Shown in pieces: positions 30,587-41,681 of a stretch of DNA of 64,000 nucleotides (its first letter is position 1; each line of letters begins with the position of its first letter). This stretch comes from Rhizobiaceae bacterium. GTDB taxonomy: Bacteria > Pseudomonadota > Alphaproteobacteria > Rhizobiales > Rhizobiaceae. The notes beneath the pieces were generated by a model, which saw nothing but the letters and a program-made list of their open reading frames with translations, did no database searches and was not told where the DNA came from. The stretch is taken from assembly GCA_036478985.1 (NCBI GenBank), contig JAZGEY010000056.1, positions 1,675 through 65,674 on the forward strand, given 5' to 3'. Made by a program: the position numbers and the translations under genes.

Positions 30587-31489
30587 CTATTTAGCTAGCA
30601 GCTCTTCAATAAGCATTCGAACAGCCTCACCCATGTCTTGCCGATCAAGGGCAAAGGATACATTAGCGGCAATGAACCCTTCCTTTGAACCGCAATCGAA
30701 GGTGGTTCCTTCGAATTTATAACCGTAGAAGGGTTGGCTCTTGGCAAGTCGCAGCATGGCATCGGTGATCTGAATTTCGCCGCCAGCACCTGTTTCTTGA
30801 TTTTCCAATAGCCCGAATATTTCTGGTTGAAGAATATAGCGGCCATTGATCATCAGGTTTGATGGAGCTTTATCTTGGCTCGGTTTTTCTACCATGTCGT
30901 CGATTACAAACCCAGCTCCTTTGGCTTCTCCTGGGGCAACAATGCCGTAACTGGAGACCTCTTCAGGGGCACACTCTTCTACGGAGACGACGTTGCCGCC
31001 GGTTGCGTTGTAGATATCCATCATTGAAGCAAGACAAGCTTTATCGTTTGATTTTGTTACCATGTCGGGGAGAAGAAGTGCGAATGGCTCATTTCCGATT
31101 ATATCGCGGGCGCACCAAACGGCATGGCCAAGCCCCAATGGTTTTTGTTGTCGCGTAAAACTGGTTCGCCCTGCCTCAGGTTGGTATTTGGCCAACACGT
31201 CAAGCATATCTGTTTTGTTATTTTCAACTAACATGCTTTGTAGCTCAGGCTGGAGATCGAAGTAATCTTGAATAACTGATTTGTTGCGACCCGTGATAAA
31301 TACAAAATGTTCAATGCCTGCTTCACGCGCTTCATTTACAGCGTACTGAATGACAGGCATGTCTACGACGGTAAGCATTTCTTTCGGCACGGATTTTGAA
31401 GCGGGTAGAAATCGTGTGCCAAGGCCAGCCACTGGAAACACGGCTTTTCTAACAGGGCGAATATCAGGGTTTTTGGTGGGCATCTTCAT
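30587..31489 (-). CDS. galU: UTP--glucose-1-phosphate uridylyltransferase
   Basis: [40 protein letters not shown]. Confidence 0.95.
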   Translation of the reverse strand: MKMPTKNPDIRPVRKAVFPVAGLGTRFLPASKSVPKEMLTVVDMPVIQYAVNEAREAGIEHFVFITGRNKSVIQDYFDLQPELQSMLVENNKTDMLDVLAKYQPEAGRTSFTRQQKPLGLGHAVWCARDIIGNEPFALLLPDMVTKSNDKACLASMMDIYNATGGNVVSVEECAPEEVSSYGIVAPGEAKGAGFVIDDMVEKPSQDKAPSNLMINGRYILQPEIFGLLENQETGAGGEIQITDAMLRLAKSQPFYGYKFEGTTFDCGSKEGFIAANVSFALDRQDMGEAVRMLIEELLAK

Positions 31490-31603
31490 TTCCTACTATC
31501 TTGGGCGAACGAACGTGGTTGTCAAACTTCCTGCATATTTAACTGCTTTAGTTACTAAATATTGTTTGAAATACTAGACCCGCCGAATTCACGTTTTTTA
31601 TGG

Positions 31604-31619
31604 TTAACGAAGTCTTAAC
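31604..31619. promoter_or_regulatory. CtrA-binding site
   Basis: TTAA-CGAAGTC-TTAAC, exact TTAA-N7-TTAAC consensus in the galU/transglycosylase divergent region. Confidence 0.65.
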
Positions 31620-31689
31620 GACTACTAGTGTTGAGTGACATTTACGAACCGAATCCTAAAACATTATTTTTGCAACATTAGGTGACATT

Positions 31690-32925
31690 ATGGCCTTTTT
31701 CCCACGTTCCAGAAGAATAAGTTTGGTGCTTATCATTGCCGCAACCTTTCTAACATCAGCATTACCCGATGTGGCATTGGCTGATGCGGGGTTTAGAAAA
31801 TGGGTAAAAGGGTTCTCAAGGGTTGCCAGAAAAAATGGCGTTTCCCGAGCCACCTATAACCGCGCTTTCAAAGGTATACGTTCGATTGACCGCGAAGTGC
31901 TAGAGTTAGCGCGATATCAACCAGAGTTTAGGCAAAAACTATGGATGTATTTTGATACGCGGGTAAGCACGGAAGCCGTTGCCCAAGGTAAGCAAGAGAA
32001 ACAACGTTGGGGTAAATGGCTTAGAAAAATTGAGAGAAAATATGGTGTCAGCGCCAATACGCTGCTGGCTATTTGGTCGATGGAATCTGGCTACGGTGAA
32101 GCCATGAAAAAGCAAAAATCACTCAGGAGCGTTGTTCGTTCGTTGGCGACGCTGGCCTATTCCTCTCGTCGTAAGAGCCTACGAAAGTTCGCGAGCAGAC
32201 AATTGATCGCAGCTTTGAAAATTTTGCAATCAGGCCGTATCACCACGGCTCATTTGCGTGGCTCATGGGCCGGGGCTATGGGGCACACGCAATTTATCCC
32301 AACAAGCTATCGTCTCTATGGGCAAGACATTGACGGGGATGGTCGTAAAGATATTTGGGGTTCTGTGCCAGATGCCCTAGCAACTGCGGCAAACCTATTG
32401 AAGCGTAATGGTTGGCGTACAGGCCAAACGTGGGGCTATGAAGTTAAAGTCCCCAGCAAGGTAATGCGTCAATCTGGTAAAAGCCGTACTGTAGCTTCAT
32501 GGGCAAAGCTCGGTGTTCGTCGTGTTGGTGGTCGTAAGTTCCCGAGCGGTAAACAACGTGCAACCTTGAAGTTCCCTGCTGGCAAAAGTGGCCCAGCATT
32601 TTTGATGACAAAGAATTTTTATGTTATCAAGCGTTATAATAATTCAGATAAATATGCCCTTGCGGTTGGTCATTTAGGTGATCAAATTGGGGGGGCCGGA
32701 GAATTCATTCGCCGCGTACCTCGCCCGTTCCGTAAAATGTCCTATGAAGAGCGTGTTGAAATTCAATCAAGATTGAAAAGATTGGGGTTGTATGACAGCG
32801 ATATTGATGGGAAAATTGGAAGTGGTACTAGAGCTGCAATTCGTAAGGCTCAAATCAAAATGGGTGTGAATCCAACTGGATATGAATCACCAAAATTTTT
32901 ATCGTGGCTGCGAACTAAGGGATAA
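31690..32925 (+). CDS. Lytic murein transglycosylase (MltB/Slt35 family) with C-terminal PG-binding domain
   Basis: AIWSMESGYG, GSWAGAMGHTQFIPTSY, DGDGRKD, YNNSDKYA, DGKIGSGTR. Confidence 0.93.
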   Translation: MAFFPRSRRISLVLIIAATFLTSALPDVALADAGFRKWVKGFSRVARKNGVSRATYNRAFKGIRSIDREVLELARYQPEFRQKLWMYFDTRVSTEAVAQGKQEKQRWGKWLRKIERKYGVSANTLLAIWSMESGYGEAMKKQKSLRSVVRSLATLAYSSRRKSLRKFASRQLIAALKILQSGRITTAHLRGSWAGAMGHTQFIPTSYRLYGQDIDGDGRKDIWGSVPDALATAANLLKRNGWRTGQTWGYEVKVPSKVMRQSGKSRTVASWAKLGVRRVGGRKFPSGKQRATLKFPAGKSGPAFLMTKNFYVIKRYNNSDKYALAVGHLGDQIGGAGEFIRRVPRPFRKMSYEERVEIQSRLKRLGLYDSDIDGKIGSGTRAAIRKAQIKMGVNPTGYESPKFLSWLRTKG

Positions 32926-32964
32926 CATCCTCCTGCACGCAGCGTTAGTTTGAAAGTGTAATGC

Positions 32965-34275
32965 GTGTCTCGACTGTTTTGTAAAATCTCTATATTTTTT
33001 GGCCTCGTGTTGGTGAGTATCACTGGCTTGCCTGGTGTTGAATCGACTTCAAAATTCACGCAAATCATTGGCGTTGCCCCTGCCGCTGCTCAAAATGCAA
33101 CCCGTAAAAAACGGCGCAGTATATTCAGTGTTTTGTTCGGGCGTAAAAAAGCCAGACGAAAAGCAGTCAAAAAAAAATCCAAACGAGTGAGGTCTCGCCG
33201 GAAGAAAAAATCTCGAAAAGCCAGAAAGAGGCCCACTAGCAAACGTAGGCTTGCAAAGCCTAGAAGATCGAAGAAATCGAAAACGCGGCGAGCGAAGCGT
33301 AAATTAATTCCTGCCCCTATCGTAGTTGAGAAGCTAGAGACAGCAAAGAACGTACTTGTCGTCGGCGATTTTTTCTCTGGAGCATTGGCCAGTGGTTTGG
33401 ATAAAGCGTTTAAAGAGCTTGTCGACGTTAAAGTGGTTGATAAATCAAACGGTAATTCTGGCTTTGTTCGGAATGATATCATTGATTGGCCCGCAACATT
33501 GGCGGCGACGATCGCGGAGAATAAACCTGCCTATATTGTTGCGATGCTTGGATCAAATGACCGGCAATTGATGCGCGAGAACGGGGCGAAGTTGAAAAAA
33601 CGCACACCAGAGTGGGATGAGGCCTATAAAAAACGCGTAGAAGCCTTAGGAGAGGTTTTGAAGGCAAGTAGGGTCCCTTATATTTGGGTTGGCTTGCCGC
33701 CGGTTCGCTTTAAATCGATGAACAAAGATTTCCTCTTTTTCAATGAGCTCTATGGAAAAGCCGCCCAATCTCGCAACGGACGGTTTATTGATATTTGGGA
33801 TGGGTTCTCGGATGCCGAAGGAAATTACTCTCGCTCTGGCCCCGATGTTAACGGGCAAATCGTCCTGCTGCGCCCTAAGGATGGCATCAATTTAACTAAG
33901 GCTGGCCGCCAGCGCTTGGCCTATTATGTCCAAGGTCAAATAGAGAAGGCAATTTCTTCTGGAGGCGCATATGTGAACTCCAGCCTTGCATTTGATATCG
34001 AGGATAACCTTCCAAAAACGTCAACATATAATCCGAAGCGTACGGGAAAGACTGTGGTTATCAGCCTTGACGATCCAGCCAGTGATGGCGCTCAAATTTT
34101 GGCAGGTGCTAAGTCAGAGTTAAAAAATGGCGACGGAAAATTACAAGGGTTTACCGTGCCGGGGATAAATGAATCAGCACCTACTGTTCGCAGAGTAGGA
34201 CGGGTGGACGATTACACTTGGCCCCGCCAATCACCGTCACAGACAGGAACACCAGCGTTGGCCATTGCTAATTAG
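32965..34275 (+). CDS. DUF459 / SGNH hydrolase-like periplasmic protein
   Basis: VLVVGD, SGFVR, LGSNDRQ, WVGLPP, DGINLT; usual neighbour of the transglycosylase. Confidence 0.82.
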   Translation: MSRLFCKISIFFGLVLVSITGLPGVESTSKFTQIIGVAPAAAQNATRKKRRSIFSVLFGRKKARRKAVKKKSKRVRSRRKKKSRKARKRPTSKRRLAKPRRSKKSKTRRAKRKLIPAPIVVEKLETAKNVLVVGDFFSGALASGLDKAFKELVDVKVVDKSNGNSGFVRNDIIDWPATLAATIAENKPAYIVAMLGSNDRQLMRENGAKLKKRTPEWDEAYKKRVEALGEVLKASRVPYIWVGLPPVRFKSMNKDFLFFNELYGKAAQSRNGRFIDIWDGFSDAEGNYSRSGPDVNGQIVLLRPKDGINLTKAGRQRLAYYVQGQIEKAISSGGAYVNSSLAFDIEDNLPKTSTYNPKRTGKTVVISLDDPASDGAQILAGAKSELKNGDGKLQGFTVPGINESAPTVRRVGRVDDYTWPRQSPSQTGTPALAIAN

Positions 34276-34278
34276 CAA

Positions 34279-35712
34279 CTAGCGCGGGAGCACACTCGTT
34301 CCCATTAAGGCTTCATCAACAGAGCGCGCGGCTTGGCGACCCTCACGAATTGCCCAAACAACAAGCGATTGCCCACGGCGCATATCTCCTGCAGCCCAAA
34401 TGCTCTCTACACTCGTTTTGTAATCTTCTGTGTTTGCCAGAACATTTTGGCGGCCATCTAATTCAACGCCGCTTTCCTCGATCATGCCCTCAGCTACAGG
34501 GGAAACAAAGCCCATGGCAAGGAGCACGAGATCGGCTTTTAGTTCAAATTCTGTTCCCTCAATAGGTTGAAATTTTTCATCTACCTTGATGCAATGAAGT
34601 TTTGAGACTTGGCCACCACTTTCTTCAAACCTTTGAGTGAGAACGGAGAATTCACGATCTGCTCCCTCCTCTTGGCTTGAAGAGGTGCGCATTTTCATTG
34701 GCCAATTTGGCCACGTCAGCATCTTGTCTTCTTTTTCTGGGGGCAGGGGCATGATCTCTAATTGGGTTACAGAAAGCGCGCCTTGACGAATAGAAGTGCC
34801 GATACAATCAGACCCTGTGTCACCGCCACCAATAACCACAACGTGCTTTCCGCTGGCGAGAATAGGCTCAACATCAACTATGGCCTCATCGCCGTTACGG
34901 CGGTTTTGTTGGGGAAGGAAATTCATTGCAAAATGAACACCCTGTAACTCACGACCATCAATGGGAAGATCGCGGGGCTGTTCTGCTCCACCCGTTAGAA
35001 TGGTTGCGTCATGGCTTTTGTTTATCTCTGCCATTGTTGTTTCAACGCCAATATGCACACTCATGTGGAAGGTTACGCCTTCGGTTTGCATTTGATCAAC
35101 GCGACGGTCGATGTGGTGTTTTTCCATTTTGAAATCAGGAATGCCATAGCGTAAAAGACCGCCAGCTTTTTGGTTCTTTTCATAGAGATGAACATCGTGG
35201 CCAGCACGGGCGAGCTGTTGAGCGGCTGCCATGCCAGCGGGGCCTGCGCCAATTACGGCTACTTTTTTGCCGGTTTTTGTGGTGGCAATTTGAGGCGCGA
35301 TCCAGCCACTTTTCCAAGCCTTATCGACGATGGCGCACTCAATAGATTTAATCGTGACGGGGTTATTCGTAATGTTCAATGTGCAGGACGCTTCGCAAGG
35401 AGCGGGGCAAATGCGGCCCGTAAATTCTGGAAAGTTGTTGGTGGAATGCAAATTGTGCGATGCCTGTTCCCATTCATCGCGATAAACTAAATCGTTCCAA
35501 TCAGGAATTTGGTTGTTGACCGGGCAACCCTTTAAGCCTTTTACATCGTGGCAAAAGGGGATGCCGCAATCCATGCAACGGCTTGCTTGGTCGCGTAGGT
35601 TTGCCTCCGGTAGAGGGATCATAAATTCTTTATAGTTGCGGATGCGATCAGAGGCTGGACGGTATTTTCTGTCCTGCCGATCGACTTCTAAAAAGCCTGT
35701 AACTTTACCCAT
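34279..35712 (-). CDS. gltD: Glutamate synthase small subunit
   Basis: [45 protein letters not shown]. Confidence 0.97.
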   Translation of the reverse strand: MGKVTGFLEVDRQDRKYRPASDRIRNYKEFMIPLPEANLRDQASRCMDCGIPFCHDVKGLKGCPVNNQIPDWNDLVYRDEWEQASHNLHSTNNFPEFTGRICPAPCEASCTLNITNNPVTIKSIECAIVDKAWKSGWIAPQIATTKTGKKVAVIGAGPAGMAAAQQLARAGHDVHLYEKNQKAGGLLRYGIPDFKMEKHHIDRRVDQMQTEGVTFHMSVHIGVETTMAEINKSHDATILTGGAEQPRDLPIDGRELQGVHFAMNFLPQQNRRNGDEAIVDVEPILASGKHVVVIGGGDTGSDCIGTSIRQGALSVTQLEIMPLPPEKEDKMLTWPNWPMKMRTSSSQEEGADREFSVLTQRFEESGGQVSKLHCIKVDEKFQPIEGTEFELKADLVLLAMGFVSPVAEGMIEESGVELDGRQNVLANTEDYKTSVESIWAAGDMRRGQSLVVWAIREGRQAARSVDEALMGTSVLPR

Positions 35713-35770
35713 GTTATTTACTCCACTTGGGGGAGGCGGTTTGCGCTTCCCCTAGTTTTTAATTTTCAAA

Positions 35771-38700
35771 TTATTCAGCAGCCACACCAGATGCCAATTG
35801 CGCGGCTTCAATTTCGGCCAAGGCACGACGGTATTCTGTCGGCATAACCTTGACGAATTTCGGGCGGTATTCGTCCCAATTTTCCAAGATGTCCGTGGCA
35901 CGGGCAGAGCCTGTGTATTGCTTATGGTTCTCGATCAATTGGCGTAACCGCTCGTCGTCGTGGCGTGTCATATCCTTTGAGACATCAACCCGTCCGTGGT
36001 GCTCAATGTCGCCGCCGCCATGGTGTTCAGATTCCATCAAATCGTCTTCTTCAGGAACAGGCTCGAGGTCAACCATGGCGAGGTTGCAACGGTTGGCGAA
36101 TGTACCGTCTTCGTCGAGCACATAGGCGATGCCGCCAGACATTCCTGCGGCAAAATTACGGCCCGTGTGCCCAAGAACGGCAACAACTCCGCCGGTCATA
36201 TATTCGCAGCCGTGGTCGCCAACGCCTTCAACAACGGCTATCGCGCCAGAGTTACGAACGGCGAAACGCTCGCCTGCAACACCGCTGAAATAGCACTCAC
36301 CTTCAACAGCACCGTAAAGAACGGTGTTGCCTGCGATGATGGATTTTGTTGGGTCAATTTGGGTGGCGGCTTTTGGTGGGTAGATGATAATCTTACCACC
36401 AGAAAGGCCCTTGCCGATATAGTCGTTGCCTTCGCCTTCAACCTCCAACGTCACGCCACGGGTTACCCACGCCCCAAATGCTTGTCCGGGGGTCCCGTTT
36501 AGTTTGATGTGGATGGTGTCGTCCGGCAGTCCTGCATGACCAAATCGGCGGGCAACTTCACCCGATAGCATTGTACCAGCAGAGCGGTTGACGTTGCGGA
36601 TATCCATTTCGATTTTTACTGGTTCGCGTTTTTCTAGCGCGGGTTTAGCAAACTCTATAAGTTTACGGTCCAACACATCATCAATGTAGTGGGTCTGGGT
36701 TTCGCATTGATAGATTGGAACATCATCACCCATCTTTGGATCAAAGAAGAGGTTGCTGAAATCAAGCCCCTTGGCTTTCCAATGGTCGATTGATTTGTCG
36801 CGGTCTAGAACGTCTAGCTGCCCAACCATTTCGTTGATGGTAGCGAAGCCAAGCTCCGCCATAATCGTACGCACTTCTTCGGCGACAAAGAAGAAGTAGT
36901 TGATAACGTGTTCTGGTTGACCTGTGAAACGTTTGCGCAGGACGGGGTCTTGTGTAGCCACTCCAACTGGGCAGGTGTTTAGATGACACTTACGCATCAT
37001 AATGCAACCAGAGGCGATCAAGGGCGCTGTGGCGAAGCCAAATTCGTCCGCGCCAAGTAATGCGCCGATGACCACATCGCGGCCAGTTCGAAGGCCGCCG
37101 TCTACTTGCACAGTAATGCGCGAGCGGAGCTTGTTTTTCAGCAAGGTCTGGTGGGTTTCGGCTAGGCCAATTTCCCACGGGGAGCCTGCGTGTTTGATGG
37201 AGGTCAGCGGGCTTGCGCCCGTTCCGCCGTCCATTCCTGAAACGGTAACGTGGTCAGCGCGGGCTTTAGCAACGCCAGCTGCGACGGTTCCAACCCCAAC
37301 TTCTGAGACGAGTTTCACAGAAATATCAGCGGCTGGATTGACGTTTTTCAAATCGAAAATCAGCTGGGCTAAATCTTCGATTGAGTAAATATCGTGGTGC
37401 GGTGGGGGCGAGATAAGACCAACACCTTGGGTCGAATGGCGTACTTTTGCGATCACTGCATCGACCTTATGGCCGGGCAGCTGTCCGCCTTCGCCGGGCT
37501 TTGCGCCCTGCGCCATTTTGATTTGAATCATGTCGGCGTTGACCAAATATTCAGTCGTCACCCCAAAGCGGCCAGAGGCGACCTGTTTGATAGCGGAGCG
37601 TTTGCTGTCGCCATTTTTCATGGGGGTGAAGCGCTCGATTTCCTCGCCGCCTTCGCCGGTGTTCGACTTGCCGCCAATGCGGTTCATCGCGATGGCTAGG
37701 TTCTCGTGGGCTTCGGCTGAGATCGAGCCATAGGACATTGCACCCGTTGCAAAGCGCTTGACGATATCTGCGGCTGATTCAACCTTGTCGAGGGCTATTG
37801 ATTTGCGCCCCGTTTCTTTAGCTGGGCGCAGGCGGAACAGGCCGCGAATGTTTAGATAGCCTTCAGGTTGCTCGTTGATGGATTTAGCATAGGCGTTGTA
37901 TGCATCTTGGCTGTTGCCGCGCACCGCGTGTTGCAGGTTTGTGACTTCATCGGAAGACCAGGCATGCTTTTCGCCACGGGCGCGAACGGCATAGTCGCCA
38001 CCGACCTCAAGGGCGTGGGCGAGAACAGGCACATTACCGTATGCCGCGCGGTGACGCTCATAGGTTTCTTTCGCAATCTCTTCTAAGCCGATGCCTTCGA
38101 TTTGGCTTGCTGTTCCCGTAAAATATTCTTCGATGAATGGAGTTGAAAGACCAATGGCATCAAAAATTTGTGCGCCACAATAGGATTGGTAAGTTGAGAT
38201 GCCCATTTTGGACATAACCTTCAACAGACCTTTGTTGATTGATTTAATATAACGCTGAATAACTTCCCTCTCGTCCACTTCCTTGGGGAAGTAATCAGCG
38301 GCGTGCATTTCAGCCAGCGTTTCAAAGGCAAGATAAGGGTTGATTGCTTCTGCACCGTAACCAGCAAGAACTGCGAAATGATGGACTTCGCGGGGTTCTG
38401 CAGATTCAACAACAAGACCAACAGATGTACGCAGGCCCTTACGGATGAGGTGGTGGTGAACCGCCGCAGTTGCGAGCAATGCAGGAACGGCTACGCGCTG
38501 AGCACCAAACTGGCGGTCTGATAGGATGATGATGTTGTCGCCACCATTGACGGCTTTTTCGGCCCGTTGGCAAAGCCGCTCGAGGCATTTTTTCATACCC
38601 TCTGGGCCATGATCGGCGTTGTAGGTTGTGTCGAGTACGCGGGAGACAAATTGGTTGTCGCCGATATCGCTAATGTCGCGAATTTTTTGCAGGCTTGAGT

Positions 38701-40465
38701 TACGCAAAATTGGCTGGCGTACTTCCAGCCGCTTTTCAGCAGACTGGTGCTCGTGGTCGAACAGGTTTGGGCGTGGGCCAATGAAGGAGATCAGGCTCAT
38801 CACAGATTCTTCGCGGATAGGGTCGATCGGCGGGTTTGTTACCTGTGCAAAGTTTTGTTTGAAATATGTATAAAGCAATTTGGCCTTGTCGGAGATCGCC
38901 GAGATTGGCGTATCCGTTCCCATAGATCCAAGAGCTTCTTGGCCTGTGGTTGCCATTGGTTTCATCAAAACTTTGATGTCTTCTTGGGTGTAACCAAACG
39001 CTTGCTGGCCATCCATTAGGTCTTTGCCCGTGTAGCGGCGCGGGGAGGATTTATTGCCCTTCAATTCTTCCAAAACGATTTGGGTGTCGCCAAGCCATTT
39101 ATCATAGGGGTTGGCACTGGCGAGTTGTTTTTTGATTTCTTCGTCGGAAACAATAATGCCTTTTTCCAAATCAATGAGGAGCATTTTACCCGGTTGCAAA
39201 CGCCATTTTGTTACGACTTTTGCTTCGTCAAATGGCAGGGTTCCTGCTTCGGAAGCCAACACCACCGTATCGTCTTCGAGAACGAAATAACGAGCAGGGC
39301 GCAGACCGTTACGGTCTAGGGTTGCACCAATTTGGCGGCCATCGGTAAATGCAACAGCGGCGGGTCCGTCCCAAGGCTCCATCATTGCTGCGTGGTATTC
39401 GTAGAATGCACGACGCTCTTCATCCATAAGCGGGTTTCCAGCCCAAGCTTCCGGGATCAACATCATCATCGCGTGGGCGAGAGGGTAACCGCCTTGGACG
39501 AGGAGCTCGAGGGCGTTGTCGAAACAGGCCGTGTCAGATTGGCCTTCATAGGATACAGGCCAGATTTTTTTGATATCATCGCCGAATTCGGGAGATGACA
39601 AAGTGGCTTGGCGCGCGGCCATCCAGTTTACATTACCGCGTTTGGTGTTGATCTCGCCGTTGTGAGCAACCATGCGGTAGGGGTGTGCTAGTTTCCATGA
39701 TGGGAAAGTATTGGTTGAAAAACGTTGATGCACCATAGCAAGGGCTGAGACAAAACGCTCATCGCGTAAGTCTGGATAATAAGGGCCAAGCTGATCGGCC
39801 AAGAACATGCCTTTATAGACGACGGTTCTGGCGGACATGGAAACAGGGTACACATCTTCGCGGCGACCCAGTTCTGCAATCACTGCGTTTGAGATAACGC
39901 GGCGGGTTATATAGATTTGGCGTTCGTATTCGTCATCGCTCAATCCAGCGGGGCGCTCAAAAAATCCCTGCCAGTGGGATGGTTCAGAGGCCATAATTTC
40001 AGGGTCTTGTGAAAGGCTTGAGTTATCGGAAGGTACTTCACGCCAGCCGATTACAGCTTGGCCTTCCTCTTTGGCGACTTTCTCGATGATTGATTTAATT
40101 TGTTTTTGCAGTTTTACATCTTGAGGCAGGAAGAAAAAGCCAAGGCCGTAGTCACCAGCTTTTGGCAGCTTGAAGTCAACTTCTTCTTTGAAGAATGCGT
40201 GGGGAATTTGCACAAGCATGCCAGCACCATCGCCCATCAACGGGTCTGCGCCCGTTGCGCCACGGTGTTCAAGGTTTTCAAGAATACGAATTCCGTCTTC
40301 GATAATTTTGTGAGACTTCACCCCCTTCATGTTGGCGATGAAACCAAGGCCGCAAGCGTCATGCTCGTTGCGTGGGTCATAAAGACCTCCAGCTGCAGCA
40401 CGTTTAGTCATGGGTGTGGGGGTTGCAGGGGAATGCCCGTTAAAAAGGTTATGGGTCTTTGTCAT
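35771..40465 (-). CDS. gltB: Glutamate synthase large subunit
   Basis: EHDACG amidotransferase start, [30 protein letters not shown]; start likely MTKT at 40465. Confidence 0.97.
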   Translation of the reverse strand: MTKTHNLFNGHSPATPTPMTKRAAAGGLYDPRNEHDACGLGFIANMKGVKSHKIIEDGIRILENLEHRGATGADPLMGDGAGMLVQIPHAFFKEEVDFKLPKAGDYGLGFFFLPQDVKLQKQIKSIIEKVAKEEGQAVIGWREVPSDNSSLSQDPEIMASEPSHWQGFFERPAGLSDDEYERQIYITRRVISNAVIAELGRREDVYPVSMSARTVVYKGMFLADQLGPYYPDLRDERFVSALAMVHQRFSTNTFPSWKLAHPYRMVAHNGEINTKRGNVNWMAARQATLSSPEFGDDIKKIWPVSYEGQSDTACFDNALELLVQGGYPLAHAMMMLIPEAWAGNPLMDEERRAFYEYHAAMMEPWDGPAAVAFTDGRQIGATLDRNGLRPARYFVLEDDTVVLASEAGTLPFDEAKVVTKWRLQPGKMLLIDLEKGIIVSDEEIKKQLASANPYDKWLGDTQIVLEELKGNKSSPRRYTGKDLMDGQQAFGYTQEDIKVLMKPMATTGQEALGSMGTDTPISAISDKAKLLYTYFKQNFAQVTNPPIDPIREESVMSLISFIGPRPNLFDHEHQSAEKRLEVRQPILRNSSLQKIRDISDIGDNQFVSRVLDTTYNADHGPEGMKKCLERLCQRAEKAVNGGDNIIILSDRQFGAQRVAVPALLATAAVHHHLIRKGLRTSVGLVVESAEPREVHHFAVLAGYGAEAINPYLAFETLAEMHAADYFPKEVDEREVIQRYIKSINKGLLKVMSKMGISTYQSYCGAQIFDAIGLSTPFIEEYFTGTASQIEGIGLEEIAKETYERHRAAYGNVPVLAHALEVGGDYAVRARGEKHAWSSDEVTNLQHAVRGNSQDAYNAYAKSINEQPEGYLNIRGLFRLRPAKETGRKSIALDKVESAADIVKRFATGAMSYGSISAEAHENLAIAMNRIGGKSNTGEGGEEIERFTPMKNGDSKRSAIKQVASGRFGVTTEYLVNADMIQIKMAQGAKPGEGGQLPGHKVDAVIAKVRHSTQGVGLISPPPHHDIYSIEDLAQLIFDLKNVNPAADISVKLVSEVGVGTVAAGVAKARADHVTVSGMDGGTGASPLTSIKHAGSPWEIGLAETHQTLLKNKLRSRITVQVDGGLRTGRDVVIGALLGADEFGFATAPLIASGCIMMRKCHLNTCPVGVATQDPVLRKRFTGQPEHVINYFFFVAEEVRTIMAELGFATINEMVGQLDVLDRDKSIDHWKAKGLDFSNLFFDPKMGDDVPIYQCETQTHYIDDVLDRKLIEFAKPALEKREPVKIEMDIRNVNRSAGTMLSGEVARRFGHAGLPDDTIHIKLNGTPGQAFGAWVTRGVTLEVEGEGNDYIGKGLSGGKIIIYPPKAATQIDPTKSIIAGNTVLYGAVEGECYFSGVAGERFAVRNSGAIAVVEGVGDHGCEYMTGGVVAVLGHTGRNFAAGMSGGIAYVLDEDGTFANRCNLAMVDLEPVPEEDDLMESEHHGGGDIEHHGRVDVSKDMTRHDDERLRQLIENHKQYTGSARATDILENWDEYRPKFVKVMPTEYRRALAEIEAAQLASGVAAE

Positions 40466-40946
40466 ACTCACTCTCCTATTCGGATTTACCGCACAAGCGT
40501 ACCATCTGCTTTGCATCGCTACCATGCGATGCCGCACCTAATGTCGTTGTTGTTCGGGTAGTTGCTACCGGCAAACAGAGGGGTATCGCCTAGCGACGCC
40601 ACATCTCTTCATGGTTCATAGCGCAGGGGAAAAGAAAACGCAAGATGGGTAAGCGTTGCTGTCCTATTTCAACAGCAAGTCGTATTGCAGTATTCATAAA
40701 TAATTCGTTGATATTTAACAGCAATATGTGCGGCTTTTCTGTTACATGCCGTAACGACAAAGCAAATATACATTGGCATAAATGAAGTACTATGATAACT
40801 AAAATTTAGAGGGAGGGATTTAAGCTTGCAAATTTATAACTTCCCAATTTTTTGGTTGGCCTTCAGTGAAGAGCTGCCTGCTGCGCAATAATCCGTTGCC
40901 CTCGGGTAAGGCGTTAGCAAGTAAGCCCCACATTAGGACAGCCAAA

Positions 40947-40988
40947 GGCCCAGCTCCAAGGGTTTCCTTGGGGCTGGGTTATTTTTTC
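40947..40988 (+). terminator. Rho-independent terminator, plus-strand orientation, in the gltB-hsp20 intergenic region
   Basis: CCCAGCTCCAAGG-GTTT-CCTTGGGGCTGGG then TTATTTTTTC; the G-U pair and U-tract work only on the + strand. Confidence 0.65.
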
Positions 40989-41009
40989 ATCAATAACATT
41001 GATACAAGT

Positions 41010-41504
41010 TTAGCTTTTCTTTGGAGCTTTAGATGCAATTTGCTTAGCGGAGCTAGCAAGTTGTTTGCTGTTTCCAGCTTCGGTTGGCGTGATCGAAATC
41101 TTGCGAGCTTTCATCGCATCTGGGATGATCCGAACCAAATCAATATGGAGTAAGCCATTTTCGAGATGGGCATCGCGCACTTCAACATGGTCTGCCAATT
41201 GGAAGCGGCGCTCGAAATTTCGCGCTGCAATGCCGCGAAAAAGCATTTCGCCTTCCTCTTCAGTCTTAGGCTGCGAGCCTGTGACTAATAGGGTGTTCTC
41301 TTTTGCCTCTATCTCCATATCGTCTTCACCAAAGCCGGCTACAGCCATGGTAATGCGGTAATCGTGTTCGCCAGTGCGCTCGATGTTATAAGGTGGGTAG
41401 GCTGGAGGGGACGCTTCAGGTTTTCCCATGGTGTCCAAAAGGCTAAACAGGCGATCAAATCCAACGGTGGATCTGTAAAGTGGGCTAAAATCTACGTGTC
41501 TCAT
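41010..41504 (-). CDS. ibpA: Small heat-shock protein Hsp20 (IbpA-like)
   Basis: MRHVDFSPLYRSTVGFDRL, YPPYNIE, RGIAARNFERRFQLA, NGLL. Confidence 0.95.
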   Translation of the reverse strand: MRHVDFSPLYRSTVGFDRLFSLLDTMGKPEASPPAYPPYNIERTGEHDYRITMAVAGFGEDDMEIEAKENTLLVTGSQPKTEEEGEMLFRGIAARNFERRFQLADHVEVRDAHLENGLLHIDLVRIIPDAMKARKISITPTEAGNSKQLASSAKQIASKAPKKS

Positions 41505-41597
41505 TTTGTATCCTCTTGTGAGCAATAGTTGAGTAACGGGTAATACAGCTTCCAAAAGGCAAGCCATTTATCCCTGCAGGCCCTTAACGGCGCCTAT
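41502..41597 (-). promoter_or_regulatory. ROSE-type RNA thermometer in the hsp20 5' UTR
   Basis: Minus strand reads UAUUGCUC-ACAA-GAGGAUACAAAAUG: the U(U/C)GCU motif pairs with the SD, as in ROSE elements. Confidence 0.7.
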
Positions 41598-41604
41598 TAC
41601 TAGA

Positions 41605-41632
41605 ATATGGGGACATATTGATTTGATTCAAG
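41605..41632 (-). promoter_or_regulatory. RpoH (sigma32) promoter of hsp20
   Basis: Minus strand CTTGAA-N14-CCCCATAT. Confidence 0.8.
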
Positions 41633-41681
41633 CCCATGGGGTAAGGAACATGTGTGAGTAGTAAATAATTTAGCATTGATC

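Noticed and set aside
35850-40561. Many 60-170 aa ORFs overlapping gltB
   Set aside because: Antisense or alternate-frame shadows of a long, strongly codon-biased gene
40866-41153. 95-aa plus-strand ORF
   Set aside because: Runs through the terminator hairpin and antisense into hsp20; no recognisable features
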